DNA from: Lama glama
Lineage: Eukaryota
Assembly (NCBI GenBank): GCA_028534125.1
Contig: CM052816.1
Location: forward strand, 73,596,001-73,660,000
Reading direction: 5' to 3'
DNA: 64,000 nt
The notes beneath the pieces are model-generated. The model was not told the DNA's origin. It did no database searches and saw only the letters and a program-made list of their open reading frames with translations. This document shows positions 27,504-40,110 of this stretch, one piece after another (the stretch's first letter is position 1; each line of letters starts with the position of its first letter). A program made the translations under genes and the position numbers.

Positions 27504-28008
27504 AAAACTCCATGGGTATTTTTCTTTCTCTTTCTGGCTTACTTCACTTAGAATGACAATCTCCAGGTCCATCCATGTTGCTGCAAATGGCATTATTTTA
27601 CTACTTTTTATGACTAAGTAGTATTCCATTGTACCATATAAAATCACTTACATGTGGAATCTTAAAAAAAAAAAAGACAAATGAACTTACTTACAAAACA
27701 GAAAAAGACTCACAGACATAGAAAACAAATTTACGGTTACCAGGGGGAAAGGAGTTGGGAAAGGATAAATTGGGAGCTCGAGATTTGCAGATAGTAACTA
27801 CTATATATAAAATAGACAAACAACAAGTTTATACTATATAGCACAGGGAACTATATTCAATATCTTGTAGGAACCTGTAATGAAAAGAATGTGAAAATGA
27901 ATATATGTATGTATACGTATGACTGAACTATTATGCTATGTACAGCAGAAACTGACACAATATTGTAAACTGACTATACTTCAATAAAAAAGAAGAAAAA
28001 AACTCCAT
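27504..28008 (+). mobile_element. Young 5'-inverted (twin-primed) L1 3' end with TSD
   Basis: TSD AAAACTCCAT at 27504-27513 and 27999-28008 in TT|AAAA context; antisense L1 27514-~27633, then a sense L1 3' end with AATAAA and an A-rich tail. Confidence 0.9.
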
Positions 28009-30361
28009 CAGTATGACACTTTTTGATGATAAGTTTTAAAACTACTGCTTTCATTACTCTAACGGTCTTATAAGTAAACTGTACTTGTTAAATTATATTT
28101 GTCTAGAAAATGTTCCATTTTAGTAAGTGGAAACTTCCTCCTCTCTCTCTCTGGAACTTTTCCCTTTTCATCCTCAACAACACTTATTTAGGTTTTTTCC
28201 TTCATCATTCTTGCTATAGCAGGTATTATTTATCAATATATTTAAAGCACTATCTCTTTGATTATTTTATTTAAGTACTTTCTGTTTCACTAAAATACGT
28301 TTATCATTTTCTTATTTTATTTGGGTTGACACAGATTTTTTTTCTTTGTTCTTAAGTTCAAGAATACCTGTTAAATTTTGAAATGTTTTCATTTTAACAT
28401 TTGCTTTCTACGTTATAAATGATTCTGTAAGCACTCTTTTACTTGCACACTGTGAGTTTTGATATTGGTGCTCCCTTCTTAGTAGCTATTGACAGATGAA
28501 CTATTTACAACTGTGCTACTATGGATACATATTATTGGTTTGGGTATTGATTCCACTTTATATATAGCATTGTTGGAAAACATGATTTTTATATTTTATT
28601 TGTGTCTCTGAGTCCCTTATGCAGCCTACAAAGGGTCAATTTTTGTAAAATTTCCAAATGTGTTTGAAATAATGCAAATCCTCTAATTTGAAAGTTCAGC
28701 CTTCTAAAAGTATCTATTATTTAAAATTAGCTAATCATGTAGTTCAAATCTCCTATATCTTTACCAATTCTTTCTCTTTATATCCATCAAACTGTGCCAA
28801 GTGTGTGTTAAATTTACTCTAACTGGGGAACTATACATTTCTCAATATAATACTATTAACTTGTACTTGACAGTTATGTTGTTAGGCAGGTATACCTTCA
28901 GAATTATTATGTATTCCTTGTGAATGCTGCCTTATACCATTACATTATGATCTGTCTTATTCCTAATAAGATTTTTTTCTCCAAAGCCTATTTTACATAA
29001 AAAACATAGCCATGTACAATTTCTTTTATTAGTATTTTCCTAGTACAATTTTCTCTATCCCACTACACACATTCTTTCATTATGCTTTAAGTATGCCTCC
29101 TGTAAACAGCATATGGCTGGAGTTTTCCTTTCTCTTTTTTTGAAGTATTTTAAAATTTCAACAGAAAATTTGGAACTATAGTCAAAGAAGTTCTTTCTGA
29201 ATGATTTGAGAATAAGTTGGAGACATCAATTTGCATAACCCCAGAATACTTTTTATGCAGTTCCTACTAACAGAGCATTTGCCTATATAAACATAATACA
29301 ACTATTAAAATCGAGAAATTAGCATTGCTATTATATTGCTATTATACATTCCCATTACTATTATCTAATTCACATACACCATTAAGATTTTAGTGGTTAT
29401 CCCAATAAATTTCTTTGTAGCAAAATTATCTAACCGAGGGCCACAGATGCATTTAGCAATGTCTTTTTTTCTCCTTTCATCTGAAATAGTTCCTCAGACT
29501 CTCCTCGACATTCATAACCTTCACACATTCACAAATTAAAATCCACTGTTTTGTAGAATGTCCCTAAATTTAGGTTTGCTCGATGTTTTCTACTAGTTAG
29601 ATTCAGGTTATACATTCTGGGCAGGAAAATCACAGAAGTGATGCTATTTTCTTCTTATATTCTACCAGATAACATGCAATTTCAATTTGTCCTATTAGTT
29701 GTGGTGTTAACTTTCATCACTAGGTAAAGCTGGTGTCCTCCAGGTTTCTCCGCTCCAAATTTGTGTTTCCCTTTGTAATCAGCAAATCTTTGAGACTAAG
29801 TCAATGTTACATTTCTCATCAACTTTTCACCCACTAGTTTTAGCATCCATTGATGTTTTGTGACTGAATGATGGTTGCCAAATGAGGATTCTTGATTCCA
29901 TCATTTTATCTACACTTATTAGTTGGCATTCTATTGTAACAAAAAGCTTTCTCTTCTCCTCATATATTTATGCATTTGTTTATTTACATCTATATGGACA
30001 AATGGATCCCTAATTTATTCAGTGGATTACAATCCATTACTATCATTTTGATGCTCAAATCACTCCAATATTTGCTAATGGGGCCTCTTCAAGCTGCTTC
30101 TGTCTATATCATTTTCTGAGCACTTCCTCACTTTCTAGAATAATGAGTTTCTATACCCATCTTGTACTTCATTTGTTCCAGCATGGAAACCAGGTATTCT
30201 CCAAGGAGCCCTAGTTCTTTCTAGTTAAGAATTATATTTACAAACTAAGATCTTTGTACTAGGTATGCACATTACTGTTGGGATTTCACTACTTAGGTCT
30301 CTCAGTGGACATAACCAAGGAGTATATATAAGAATGTCCACATAAGTTTATTTCTGTGTTT

Positions 30362-30420
30362 CTATCCACCTATCTATATCTGTCTGTCTGTCTGTCTATC
30401 TATCTCTCTCTCTATCTAGA
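30362..30420 (+). repeat. (TCTA)/(TCTG)/(TC) compound microsatellite
   Basis: ctatctatatctgtctgtctgtctgtctatctatctctctctctatc read directly. Confidence 0.9.
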
Positions 30421-30425
30421 TAAAT

Positions 30426-30687
30426 ATAAAACATGACCAAGGGGGCGGGGGTGGGAAGGGACAGACTGGGATTTCAAAATGTAGAATAGATAAACAAGAT
30501 TATACTGTATAGCACAGGGAAATATAACAAGATCTTGTGGTAGCTCACAGTGAAAAAAAAATGTGACAATGAATATATGTATGTTCATGTATAACTGAAA
30601 AAGCGTGCTCTACACTGGAATTTGACACAACATTGTAAAATGACTATAACTCAATAACAAAAATGTTTAAAAAAACATAAAACATGA
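30426..30687 (+). mobile_element. Young 5'-truncated L1 3' end (camelid-like) nested in an old L1MC
   Basis: 11-bp TSD ATAAAACATGA at 30426-30436 and 30677-30687; gggaagggacagactgggatttcaaaatgtagaatagataaacaagattatactgtatagcacaggg…gactataactcaataa plus A-rich tail. Confidence 0.9.
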
Positions 30688-30797
30688 GTTCATAACAACA
30701 TCTCCAATTCCAGTCTAGTACCACAGTATTAATTTCAGTTTTCTTTCTTTCCATATTTATAATCCCCTTCTCCCATAGTGAGAAGTCTAACTCCCAT

Positions 30798-30976
30798 TGT
30801 ATTAGTCTGTTTGAAACTGTTCTATGTTCAAAACATAGATGAGGTAGCTAAAACAACAGAAACTGATTTCCTGAAGGCTAGAATATCCAAGATCAAGGTA
30901 CAGGCCAATTTGGTTTCTGTTGAGAGCCCTCTCCCTATTTGTGGTAACTGTTATACAGCAGTAGAAAACTAATAAA
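30798..30976. mobile_element. MaLR (MLT1/MST-like) LTR fragments
   Basis: tgtattagtctgttt…ggctagaatatccaagatcaaggt…tggtttctg…; ends gtggtaactgttatacagcagtagaaaactaata. Confidence 0.6.
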
Positions 30977-31349
30977 CCTTCCTAATACATTTACCACAAA
31001 ATTCATTTCAAAGCAGTTCCCATCTCCTCAGCTTTCTCTGTATACTTTTGCCCTCTGGATGGACTTGCCTCCCGTGCGTATCTTTAAATTCCTCCCCCTT
31101 CACATTTTATTATTAATTTGTCTTCATTTATTGTCTTTTCCTCCTTCTTCCTGTCAGAGAACAAAATGTCTCTCTGATATCAACTCTTTCACTCACGCCT
31201 TTGTTCTCTTTTCTTCCTGTCTCCTCTGGACATTTTTCCCAGAAAAAAATCCTTTCTTCATTTTTTCAATATAATCTCCTCACTGAGGGGCACACACTCT
31301 TTTTCTCTTCTCTCTCCCCTGATTCAATCTACGAATATCATCATGCCTA

Positions 31350-32720
31350 AAAATTCTAAGTTCAGTTCTTCTATCCTTTCAAGCTATTATCACATCTTCC
31401 TCTTTACTTTTATTTTTACTATCCAACTTTTTTCAAATGCACCATACTTATGGTATTTACTTTCCACTCCTAAACCACTGTTAATTCCTTGAAATCTGAC
31501 CTCAGCCTCCATCACTCTGCTTAAACTGCTCTTTCAAAGGTCATTAAAGTATAGGTAAACTGCTAACTCTAATTTTTTTCTTAGCTTTTATCTTTCTTAG
31601 TCTCTCAGTGGCATCAAGGATTATTGGCTAACAATTCCTTTTGTACAATAATCATCCTGGTTCTTCCTCTATCTACATGATCACTCCTTATGTCTGTTTA
31701 TCTGGCTCCTCTCATCCCTTAAGTCTAGATTCTGCACAAGGATGTATGTAGTTTTTTGTTCTTCCTTCTGTGGATCAAAAAAAGACAAGCAACCAACAAT
31801 GGCTTCCATCACAACCAGAATAAAATCTAAATGCTTAACGTGCCTTCCAAAGCTCTCCATCTGTTGTACCTGTATTACCTTTCCAGCATTACTGAAACTT
31901 AGGCTCTTCTTATACGTAGGTCTAGTCAAAATGAGCTGTTTCCCAATTTCTAAATATTTCTTGAACTCCAAGCTCAGTTTCACTCCATATAGCCTATGGA
32001 CAGTTTAAAATCTTTGTCATGGGCATAAAATGTTTTTCCTCAGTGTAAATGGTCAAGTCCTTTGTATATTATGATAATAATAATAATAATAACAACAACA
32101 ATGATTATTATCTACATTTACAACATGTCAGGTACTATCTTAAGTACTGAGCATTTATTAATTCATTTAATCTCCAAAACAATACCATAACTCAGCTCAA
32201 ATGCTACTTCTCTCATAAAATGCTCCACATACATAATTGTGTACTGTGGAAGGTATCTTTTTTCCATTCTGAAATTTCAAATTCTCGAAGTGTTATATCT
32301 TTTATAGCACTAAATGCTTTGTCTCTATTATAGATACATACATTTATCTTATTCTACTAACTCATCAATAACGTTTTGAGGGCAGGAGTCTTGATAACTC
32401 CTTGTTGCACACTTAAATCTTTTTTACGTATCTTGCTTTTCCAAGCTCTGATATCACCTTTTATAGGAAACCTTATTCTAAAACTCTGTATTAGGTATTC
32501 CTCAACTGTGCCGTCACAATTCTTTGCATGCCTTTATCACATTTAAATAGAGATTGCTCTATTACAATTGCCTATTTACTTACATGTGTCCTCATTAAGC
32601 ATTTTCCTATTGAGGCAAGCACAAGGTTTTATTCCTTTTCTCATTTATAGCAATTATCACAATACATTGCAGAGTATGTACTCAATAAATGTTTGTGAGA
32701 TGAATAAATGATTATCCCAA
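31350..32720 (+). mobile_element. Fragmented L2 with an inserted MIR/(AAT)n segment (~32060-32190)
   Basis: …catcactctgcttaaactgctctttcaaaggtca…; two L2 3' ends, the last …gtactcaataaatgtttgtgagatgaataaatga. Confidence 0.65.
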
Positions 32721-32859
32721 GCATGACCATCTGATTTCCTAATTCACAGGGGATAGCCTACAAACTGAAAGGAGATATTAGCTGTTAATACTAACTAAAG
32801 GAGAAAATAAATTATAAAACTGAGGAAGATGTGGTAGACAATGAGAATTTTGCCACACA

Positions 32860-34240
32860 CTGTAGTATAAGTGAGCCTAAATAAATATGAACATGTTGAA
32901 TAAAATAGGGGCCTCACCCTACCCCACACAAAGATTAATTTACGATAGTTCTTAGACTCAAGCATTAAAGCTTTTAGAAAGAAACATAAGAGAATCTCTC
33001 TGTGAGCTGGGACTTAGTCTACAAGTTTCACAGACAGATCACAGAAGACAATAACCATTTTTAAAAAACAATGCATTTAACTATCATATTTAAAATCACT
33101 ACCCATCAAAAGATATTTTAAGAAAATGAATAGGTGAGCCATGGAGTGGGAGAAAATATTTACAAAACAGATGTCTGACAAAACACTGATATACAGTATA
33201 AATAACTCTACCAACTCAATAATAAACAAATAACCCCAAATAATGTGAAAGAATGGCCAAGCCCATGAAAACCTGCTCAACATCATTAGCTATTAGGAAA
33301 ATGTCAATTAAAATCAAAATAACACTATACATTTACAAGAAAGACTCAAATAAAAGGATGTAATATCAGATGTTGTCATCTGAGTGCCTGGAATTTTCAT
33401 ACATATTTTTGGTGACATTATAAAATATATAGCCAGCTTGGAAAAGATATGACAGTTTGTTATAAAACTAAAGATATACATACTCTATAACCCAGCAACT
33501 CCATTACCAAGTATTTGTCTAAGAGAAATGAAAACATAAGCTCACTAAAATATTAAAATAAAGAAGCTTTTTTGGTGATGGCCAAAACAGGACAAAGCTA
33601 AGTGCTCACCAATAAGAAAATGGATAAACAAACTGTGATATTCTCAGCACTCTGAGCAATAAAAGGAAACAAATGATGTACCAAAGATGGCTTAAACTGA
33701 AACATATTATGCTGGTGGAATGAGAACAAAAGCCAAACACAAGAGGCAACATTCCATGTGATTCCATTCACATGAAATTCTAGAATGACAAAACTATAAT
33801 AACAAAAGGAAGGTCAGCATTTGCCTCTAAGAAGCAACAGAGATTAACTGGAAAGTGTCATGAGGAAACTTTCCGGCTGATGATAATGTTCTGTCTGGAA
33901 ATGGATTTGGTCTATAAACATACATGCATTTGTAAAAACTCAGAAAATATACACTAATAATTATATACTTCATTGTATATAAATTATTCATCTAAGGTAA
34001 GAACTAGTAAAGCATGGTGCTAATAAGTCTAATACTAGTAAGTATCAAAATCTGGTTGTGTGTGCTAAGGTATTTAGAAGGTTATATGTCTGCAGTTTAC
34101 TTTGAAATGCATCCAAATTAAGTTAGATTAATAGGATACACAAGTGTTTAAGAAAGCACAGTAAAATGTTAATTGTAGACTATGTTTTAAGTACATAGGT
34201 TCAAGGTAAAATTCTTAACAATTCTACTGTTGGGAAAAAT
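32860..34240 (+). mobile_element. Old L1M (L1MC/MD-like) ORF2 end plus 3' UTR
   Basis: …gagtgggagaaaatatttacaaaac…tgctcaacatcattagctattaggaaaatg…ctataacccagcaactccattacc…atggataaacaaactgtg…cagtttactttgaaatgcatcc. Confidence 0.85.
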
Positions 34241-34650
34241 ACAAAAATACAATGGGGGCTGAAGTACTGCATAGGGGGAGACTCATTATACACCTTTAAG
34301 AATTGCTTGAAACTTTTGCCATAGGCAAAAAAATAAAAAGAAAATTTAAAACTAATGATGAAGCATTGTCATATTTACATAACCAATTTATCCATGAAAT
34401 TGATAGTACTAAAAATTATATTCAGAAAGTCATAGTTGACTAAGTCATCCAATTATTCATTTAGAGCTAATGAGATCCAATTCTTTCAAACTGAATTAGA
34501 ATTGCACAATATTTGGGGATGGAGGCTATAGAAGAAGGGGTAAAAAATAGAGAAAAAGGAGCATTCACAAGTTCTCAGCTGTTTTTTCTCATTAAACTTC
34601 TTGGGTGCTACTACGTACATTAATAGTTGAGTTTCTGTAAAGTTACTTAC

Positions 34651-34679
34651 GCAGGAAGTACATCCCTCAAACAGAAAGC
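34651..34679 (-). other. Possible micro-exon or end of an alternative first exon
   Basis: Minus strand ttacag|GCTTTCTGTTTGAGGGATGTACTTCCTGC|gtaagt: consensus donor, AG acceptor but a poor pyrimidine tract. Confidence 0.25.
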
Positions 34680-37364
34680 CTGTAATTTATTTCTTAGAAT
34701 TCCTCCCTTTTCCATCTGTCTCCACTCCTACCATTTCCTTGCTCTTTCTCTTTAGCCTATTCAGTTTCATCCAGTTGTCCCTTGTTTTTGAAACATTTTA
34801 TTTGTGTGAAGACTAAATCCCCATTTCCTCCTTTTTGATCTCCATTTAGTCTTGATTACAAACCTAACTGAATTATGGTCAGTATTATTTAGCTCCTTCC
34901 TCCACCCACTCACCTTTATAAGACCAGTCACATCTTCTGCTTTGAAAAAACAATTTTTATGATGGCTCGCTTTTCATGATTGCTTTAACATGGATCAAAA
35001 AGGAAAGCCATCCTATAAAATCCATGTTCCCAGAGGAAGCAAATGGTAAGAGAGAAATACAGCGGTCCCTGAAAATGTTTGGTAGTTTGGGTTTTAGTTA
35101 AATATATAAAGATTTAGTTAAATATACAGAGTAACATTCAAGAAGAGCTCTAAAATAAGTAAAACTCATTTGTTCTCTTCTTCCAGAAAGAGACCAACCA
35201 GTGGTTGGATAAACCAGGTAGTGTTAAGTTTTAATTCCTCTCTGATTCGAAAGTAATTCTCTGATAGGCAATAACATTTAACATCTTTAAAATTCAGGAC
35301 ACAGAGCTAGAGGAATACCAATTCTTCCCATCTTTGCTAGCCAAAGTCTCATTCCTGAAATCCCTTTTCCTACATCCATTTAGAAAAGTTCTATAAACAG
35401 TAAAGGCACTTAAACTGAAACAATACAAAATATTTTCTGACTTTAGCTGCTATATAAACTCATGGAATCATAAATGTTAAAACTAAGCAGAATGATCATC
35501 TACTCCAGTATTTTCTAAATAGCTTTAAGTCAATCTCTTGTTCTACAGTATGTTATTTGGTATGGTTTCCTGATTAAATAAGGTGGGAGGTGCTAGATTC
35601 AAGCAAGTTCAAGTTTAGAATAAACCAGGGTAGACTTTAATAATCTCCTTGGGAAAGTCACTCATCTTTTCTACTGTCAGCTTATTTGCAAAAAGGCAAG
35701 ATGATTAGCCCAGAATATGAGCAGCAAAACTAGGACCATAACACAGGTTTTCTGGATTCCAAACCCAGGGCTATTTAAACTACATCCCAATACATCTTAT
35801 TAATTTAGTAATAACGTGGCACTAAAATAATACCCACAAAACTTTGTAGAATATATCCTAACACATCTGACAGTTCCTTCCTTTCTTCCTTTCTGTGAGA
35901 ACACAAACCAGATATGTCATGTTTTAGAGTGTTCTGGGGTTTACCTACCAAAACGTGGATGTTGTCAGAAAAAAGTTAACACAAAGATTATCATATTTCC
36001 CCACTTTTTGTTCTCTCTGCCCATCAAAAACCAAACCAAATCAAACAAAAAGTCCAAGTAAAGCAGCTCAAAAAGTCCCTATAAATAGAAAAGATCCTTC
36101 TTTTATCAAAAATAAAGATTTTGGTTGGAATTAAGCCTTCAGAATAAAAGACCAACTAAAATATAAGTTAATGCAATTTCTCCTGTTCCACATAATGTGA
36201 AAAATAATCTGGTTATTTTCTTAATAAGTGGCCAACAAAAAGACCATGCTTCAGCAATATTTCCAATAAAGGTACAAACAGGTAAGTTTAAAAATAGTTG
36301 TATCAAGCTGGCAGAGGTTATTCCTAAAGAGCCTGAGGAGGTAAAGCCAAGCCAGCAAGACTAGGAGGAAGAAGTGGTATACACTAGAGTAACTCCTCTA
36401 AGAGGTTCTCTATCCCATGTCTTCCAATTGTTAAGTAAATAGATTTCTCAAATTATTTTGTTAAAAGACATTTTCATGATCTAGTCTATCATTTCAACTC
36501 TTTGGCAAATAAAATATTAGCAAAAAAGATTGCTATCCCAAAGGCATCAATACAATGAACTCCAATTTATTCAAGTCCTCTTTTTAATCTCTGAAAGATA
36601 CCTTCCAATACTTGCTCAATGTCCCAGGAACCAAGGGTAAAAGTTACAACCCCATTTCCAAAGTGGGTGCCCTCTAGCTAAGAGTGAATAGAACATAACT
36701 CAGAGAAATTAATATTCATTCTGAACCAACAAATAATTCAGTAGCAGTCTGTCATTTGATCAAAAATGGATGCTGTCAATACAAAGCTAATTGAAGAAAA
36801 TAGAAGAAAAGATCTATTTCCCTGTGATTGTTATTCTTCTTACAAAAATAACTTTCAACTCCGTATTGATTCCTGTGATATACAGTCTTCTAGGTAACCA
36901 ACAAAAGCTAGATTTTTTGCTTAATCAACAAAGCTAATTAAGGCTTCTGTTCTGATCTGTGGATAACAAGGTGGAGTGTGGCTTCAATCAAATTGCTGGT
37001 TGACTCTTCCATGGGCCTAAATCATACCCAGCAATGTAATCAAACCAGTTTGGCTAAATTACACACTATCTATCAGTAAATGGCTTTTCTGGGTCACTAG
37101 CCTACACACAATCTGGCATTAAAGTATAGTAGATAAAAAGAAATGTTTTAACATTTCCAAGAAACTCACATGCCTTACTTAAGGTTTTAACTAATAAGAA
37201 ACTATTAGATGAAAAAAAGGGACATGAAAGCATAACAACATCGTGTCCATCCCAAACGACATTAGCTGCAATCTTTAATCAGGCACTCACTCCGGTTACT
37301 GGGCGGTATCGCCAACCTCCCAGAGGGAAGTCAGCCGCAGACCAAGAATGAGAAAACCAATTTG

Positions 37365-37389
37365 AAAAAAAAAAAAAAAAAAAAAAAAA
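37365..37389 (+). repeat. Poly(A) run, ~25 nt (poly-T on the minus strand)
   Basis: Read directly; no adjacent retroelement body recognised. Confidence 0.9.
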
Positions 37390-37551
37390 GAACCTGAATG
37401 ATAACTGAGCCCAGCTGGGGAGAAGAAAGGTTGACTGTGGAAATAGTCTTTTTTAAATGCCACCAGTAAATGCAAGCCACAAGAGAAATTTGCCCAACAT
37501 AGTTTTTTCCCTACAGTAAAAAGGGAAATGAACATACTCAACTGGACCTAC

Positions 37552-37596
37552 CAGCACAGTCTTTTCCCGAGTTTTAGTGTGGCGCATAAGGTCCAT
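37552..37596 (-). CDS. Candidate coding part of an alternative first exon, MDLMRHTKTREKTVL (phase 0)
   Basis: ATGG start with an upstream in-frame TAA, 15 open codons, then donor CTG|GTAGGT; same phase as the 57387-57431 exon. Confidence 0.4.
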
Positions 37597-38279
37597 GAGC
37601 AGGAGTTATAGGCTAAATACGACACTGGGGCAATGTAGAAAAGCAACAGCTGTTTCTTATTATTTGCGTATATTTTTCTTACGGGTAAAAACGTGGGCTG
37701 AGTGCCACGGTGTACTGCTGTGCAGACCTCCCAAAATGGCAAGGGCAGAGCACTGGCTCTTCTCTTCTACCATCAAGGATATGATCATGGAGATACCTAT
37801 CCAAAGAAACCCCAGCAGAAAGAGAACCTAACACATGGTCACTAGCATGCAGCTCTATAAAATGAGAAGTGGATTGAGGGACAACTTTTAAAAAGTGCAC
37901 TTAAAATTTTGATTACAATAATACCAAGAGGAATGGGACCTACATATAACCAAACACTAAACATCATTAAGTTTTTACAACCCTATGTTACTTAGCATTT
38001 TAAATGATGTGAGCTGTGGATAAAATAGATACTACCAAAACCATGACTTGGCAGAGAAGGTAGCCACAGAGATAAATACCCAAATCTGTCATCCTCTTAA
38101 CAAATCTCCTGCAAATGCCTCCCTTTGCACACAATGGAAGCAGAAGGCAAAGTAGCCCTGAGGACGAAAGGTGGGGAAAGGTTGGGAAGGGATCTGGAGA
38201 GGCAATTAACATTGACCTGCATGCTCTATTCTTAGGGAAATAGGAGCGAGCCTTTTCAAACCTAGGCCAGAGGTCTCAA

Positions 38280-38730
38280 ATATTCATCTGCTTAAAATCC
38301 TCCAGTGACCTCCTATGACATCAAGAGGAAAACTAAAATCTTTACAAAGGTCGCTCCTTGCTGTTCTCAAGTATCATTCTTTCTGCAGATTCAGAGTAAC
38401 TCAGTCCCTCACTTCCATGAAGCATTTGTACAAAGGTCCCTTCCAGTGTGATACACCAGGATTGCCTGATTTAATAGTTCAACCCAAACCCCACCCCTGA
38501 ACAACCTGTCCTTCCAGAATTTATTTTTCTTGATAGCACTATTACTATTAGCCTGACTATATGCTTTATTTTTTGTTTGTTTGTTTATTGTCTGCTTTTC
38601 CCCTACTAGAATATAAGCTTCAAGAGTATGTAATATTTGTTTTGTTCTTAGATGTAACCCCACACCACCTAAAAAATGCCTGGCACTAAGTAGCCACTTA
38701 ATATTTATTGACTGGATAAACGAAGGAATG
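38280..38730 (+). mobile_element. L2 3' end
   Basis: …cttaaaatcctccagtgacctcc…tttattgtctgcttttcccctactagaatataagcttc…tgcctggcactaagtagccacttaatatttattgactggataaacgaaggaatg. Confidence 0.85.
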
Positions 38731-38949
38731 CATTAATGAGTTATTTTAAGATATTTAATCTTAACATTAATGATCATTTTGTGATCATTAATACTAATTT
38801 ATGGACTAAGTAGCCGCTTACCCTCTAGTTAAGGACATGAACATTCTAGCTGACCATGATCCCCACAAGTCACGTACTGTATGTATATATGCTTGTAATC
38901 AAATTATACTACTGATATACATTCCCTGTCTGATCCATAGAGGCATTGT

Positions 38950-40110
38950 ATATTTGGTCACTATTCCAAAACATGATCTTTAGACTCCATAGAATTCTGT
39001 TATGTCAAGTACCATATTTTTTTTTAACCAATGACCTATTTTTGAACATTTAAAGTCATTTTCCATTATTTCCATTTTAAACATATTCTTATGTATACAC
39101 TGATTATTTAGAAAAAAATCTCTTAGTTATAAAATTACTGGTTCTATCCTGAAACTATTTTGAAAGCTTTTAGATAAGCATTATCAAATATTTAAATGTA
39201 AATTTGTGGATGAAGGACCTTGATCAGTCCAGATGGATGCCCACTCTTCACTGGTCCAGTTTGACTGTCCATAGTTCAAACATTGCTGCAAGGGCATTCA
39301 GGAGGGAACTCTTAGGGGAGTTCAATGAAAGGAATGCAAACAACCAAAACAGTTTCCACCATATGAAACTGAACAGGTTTCTGGGTGATCATTGGCCACT
39401 TGAATTTCTACTTTTTGGAACTGTCAGTTTATATTCTTTGCCCATTTTACTAATGGTGAGTTAATTTACTTCTTACTAACTTGAAAGTGCTATTTATTTA
39501 TTAAAGATTTATCCCCTTTCCACATATATTGCAAATTATGCACTGGGTATCATGTAACTTTTCGTTTTGTTTACAGCACTACTACTATTATTCTGTAGGG
39601 TTTTGTGAGGATTAAATAAGTTTTACATGTGGAGAACTTGACATTGTGCTTGGAACAAAGAACTGCTGAATAAATAATTGTTGTTATCTTTTGTTTTTAA
39701 TGCCTAAAAGGGCCTTCTGCCTCTAATATTTGTAAAAATCTAACTTAGATTATCTTCCCATCATTTTATTGTTTCATGTTTTATATTCAGGTCTTAAATT
39801 TATATCCAATTATTTTGGTATATGATATGTTATTTGGTTGTCCATTGCTCCAGTACTATTTATAGAATAATTATTCTTGCTCCACTAATTGGGAATTTCA
39901 CCATTTTAACATTATAACTTATTAAGTATATCTGAGTCTATTTGAGGGCACTTTATATTATATTCTATTTTTTGACAAATACTACCGTGTTATAAAACAG
40001 TATTTCTCTAAGTATTCTTTGTCATCTCATATAGCAAGTTTTCCCTCAGTTTTCTTCTAATTTTTTGTTGACTACTTTTGCCAATTTATTTCTCTACATC
40101 TGCTTCACTT
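38950..40110 (-). mobile_element. Degraded antisense L1M fragments with a MIR piece (~39590-39690, +)
   Basis: …gaacatttaaagtcattttccatt…; …tttatatccaattattttggtatatgatatg…tccattgctccagtactatttatagaataa…; MIR tagggttttgtgaggattaaataag. Confidence 0.5.

Larger units (their letters stand above)
28110..30790 (-). mobile_element. Old antisense L1M / L1MC fragments (ORF2 remnant plus 3' UTR)
   Basis: …ttttgtaaaatttccaaatgtgtttgaaa…tgcctcctgtaaacagcatatggctgg…; …ttttgtagaatgtccctaaatttaggtttg…ctccaaggagccctagttctttc…. Confidence 0.75.
37240..37760 (-). promoter_or_regulatory. Candidate internal promoter island with two minus-strand splice donors
   Basis: Repeat-free, visibly CpG-enriched compared with the rest of the window; donors GGA|GTGAGT (37285-37290) and CTG|GTAGGT (37546-37551). 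Confidence 0.45.
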
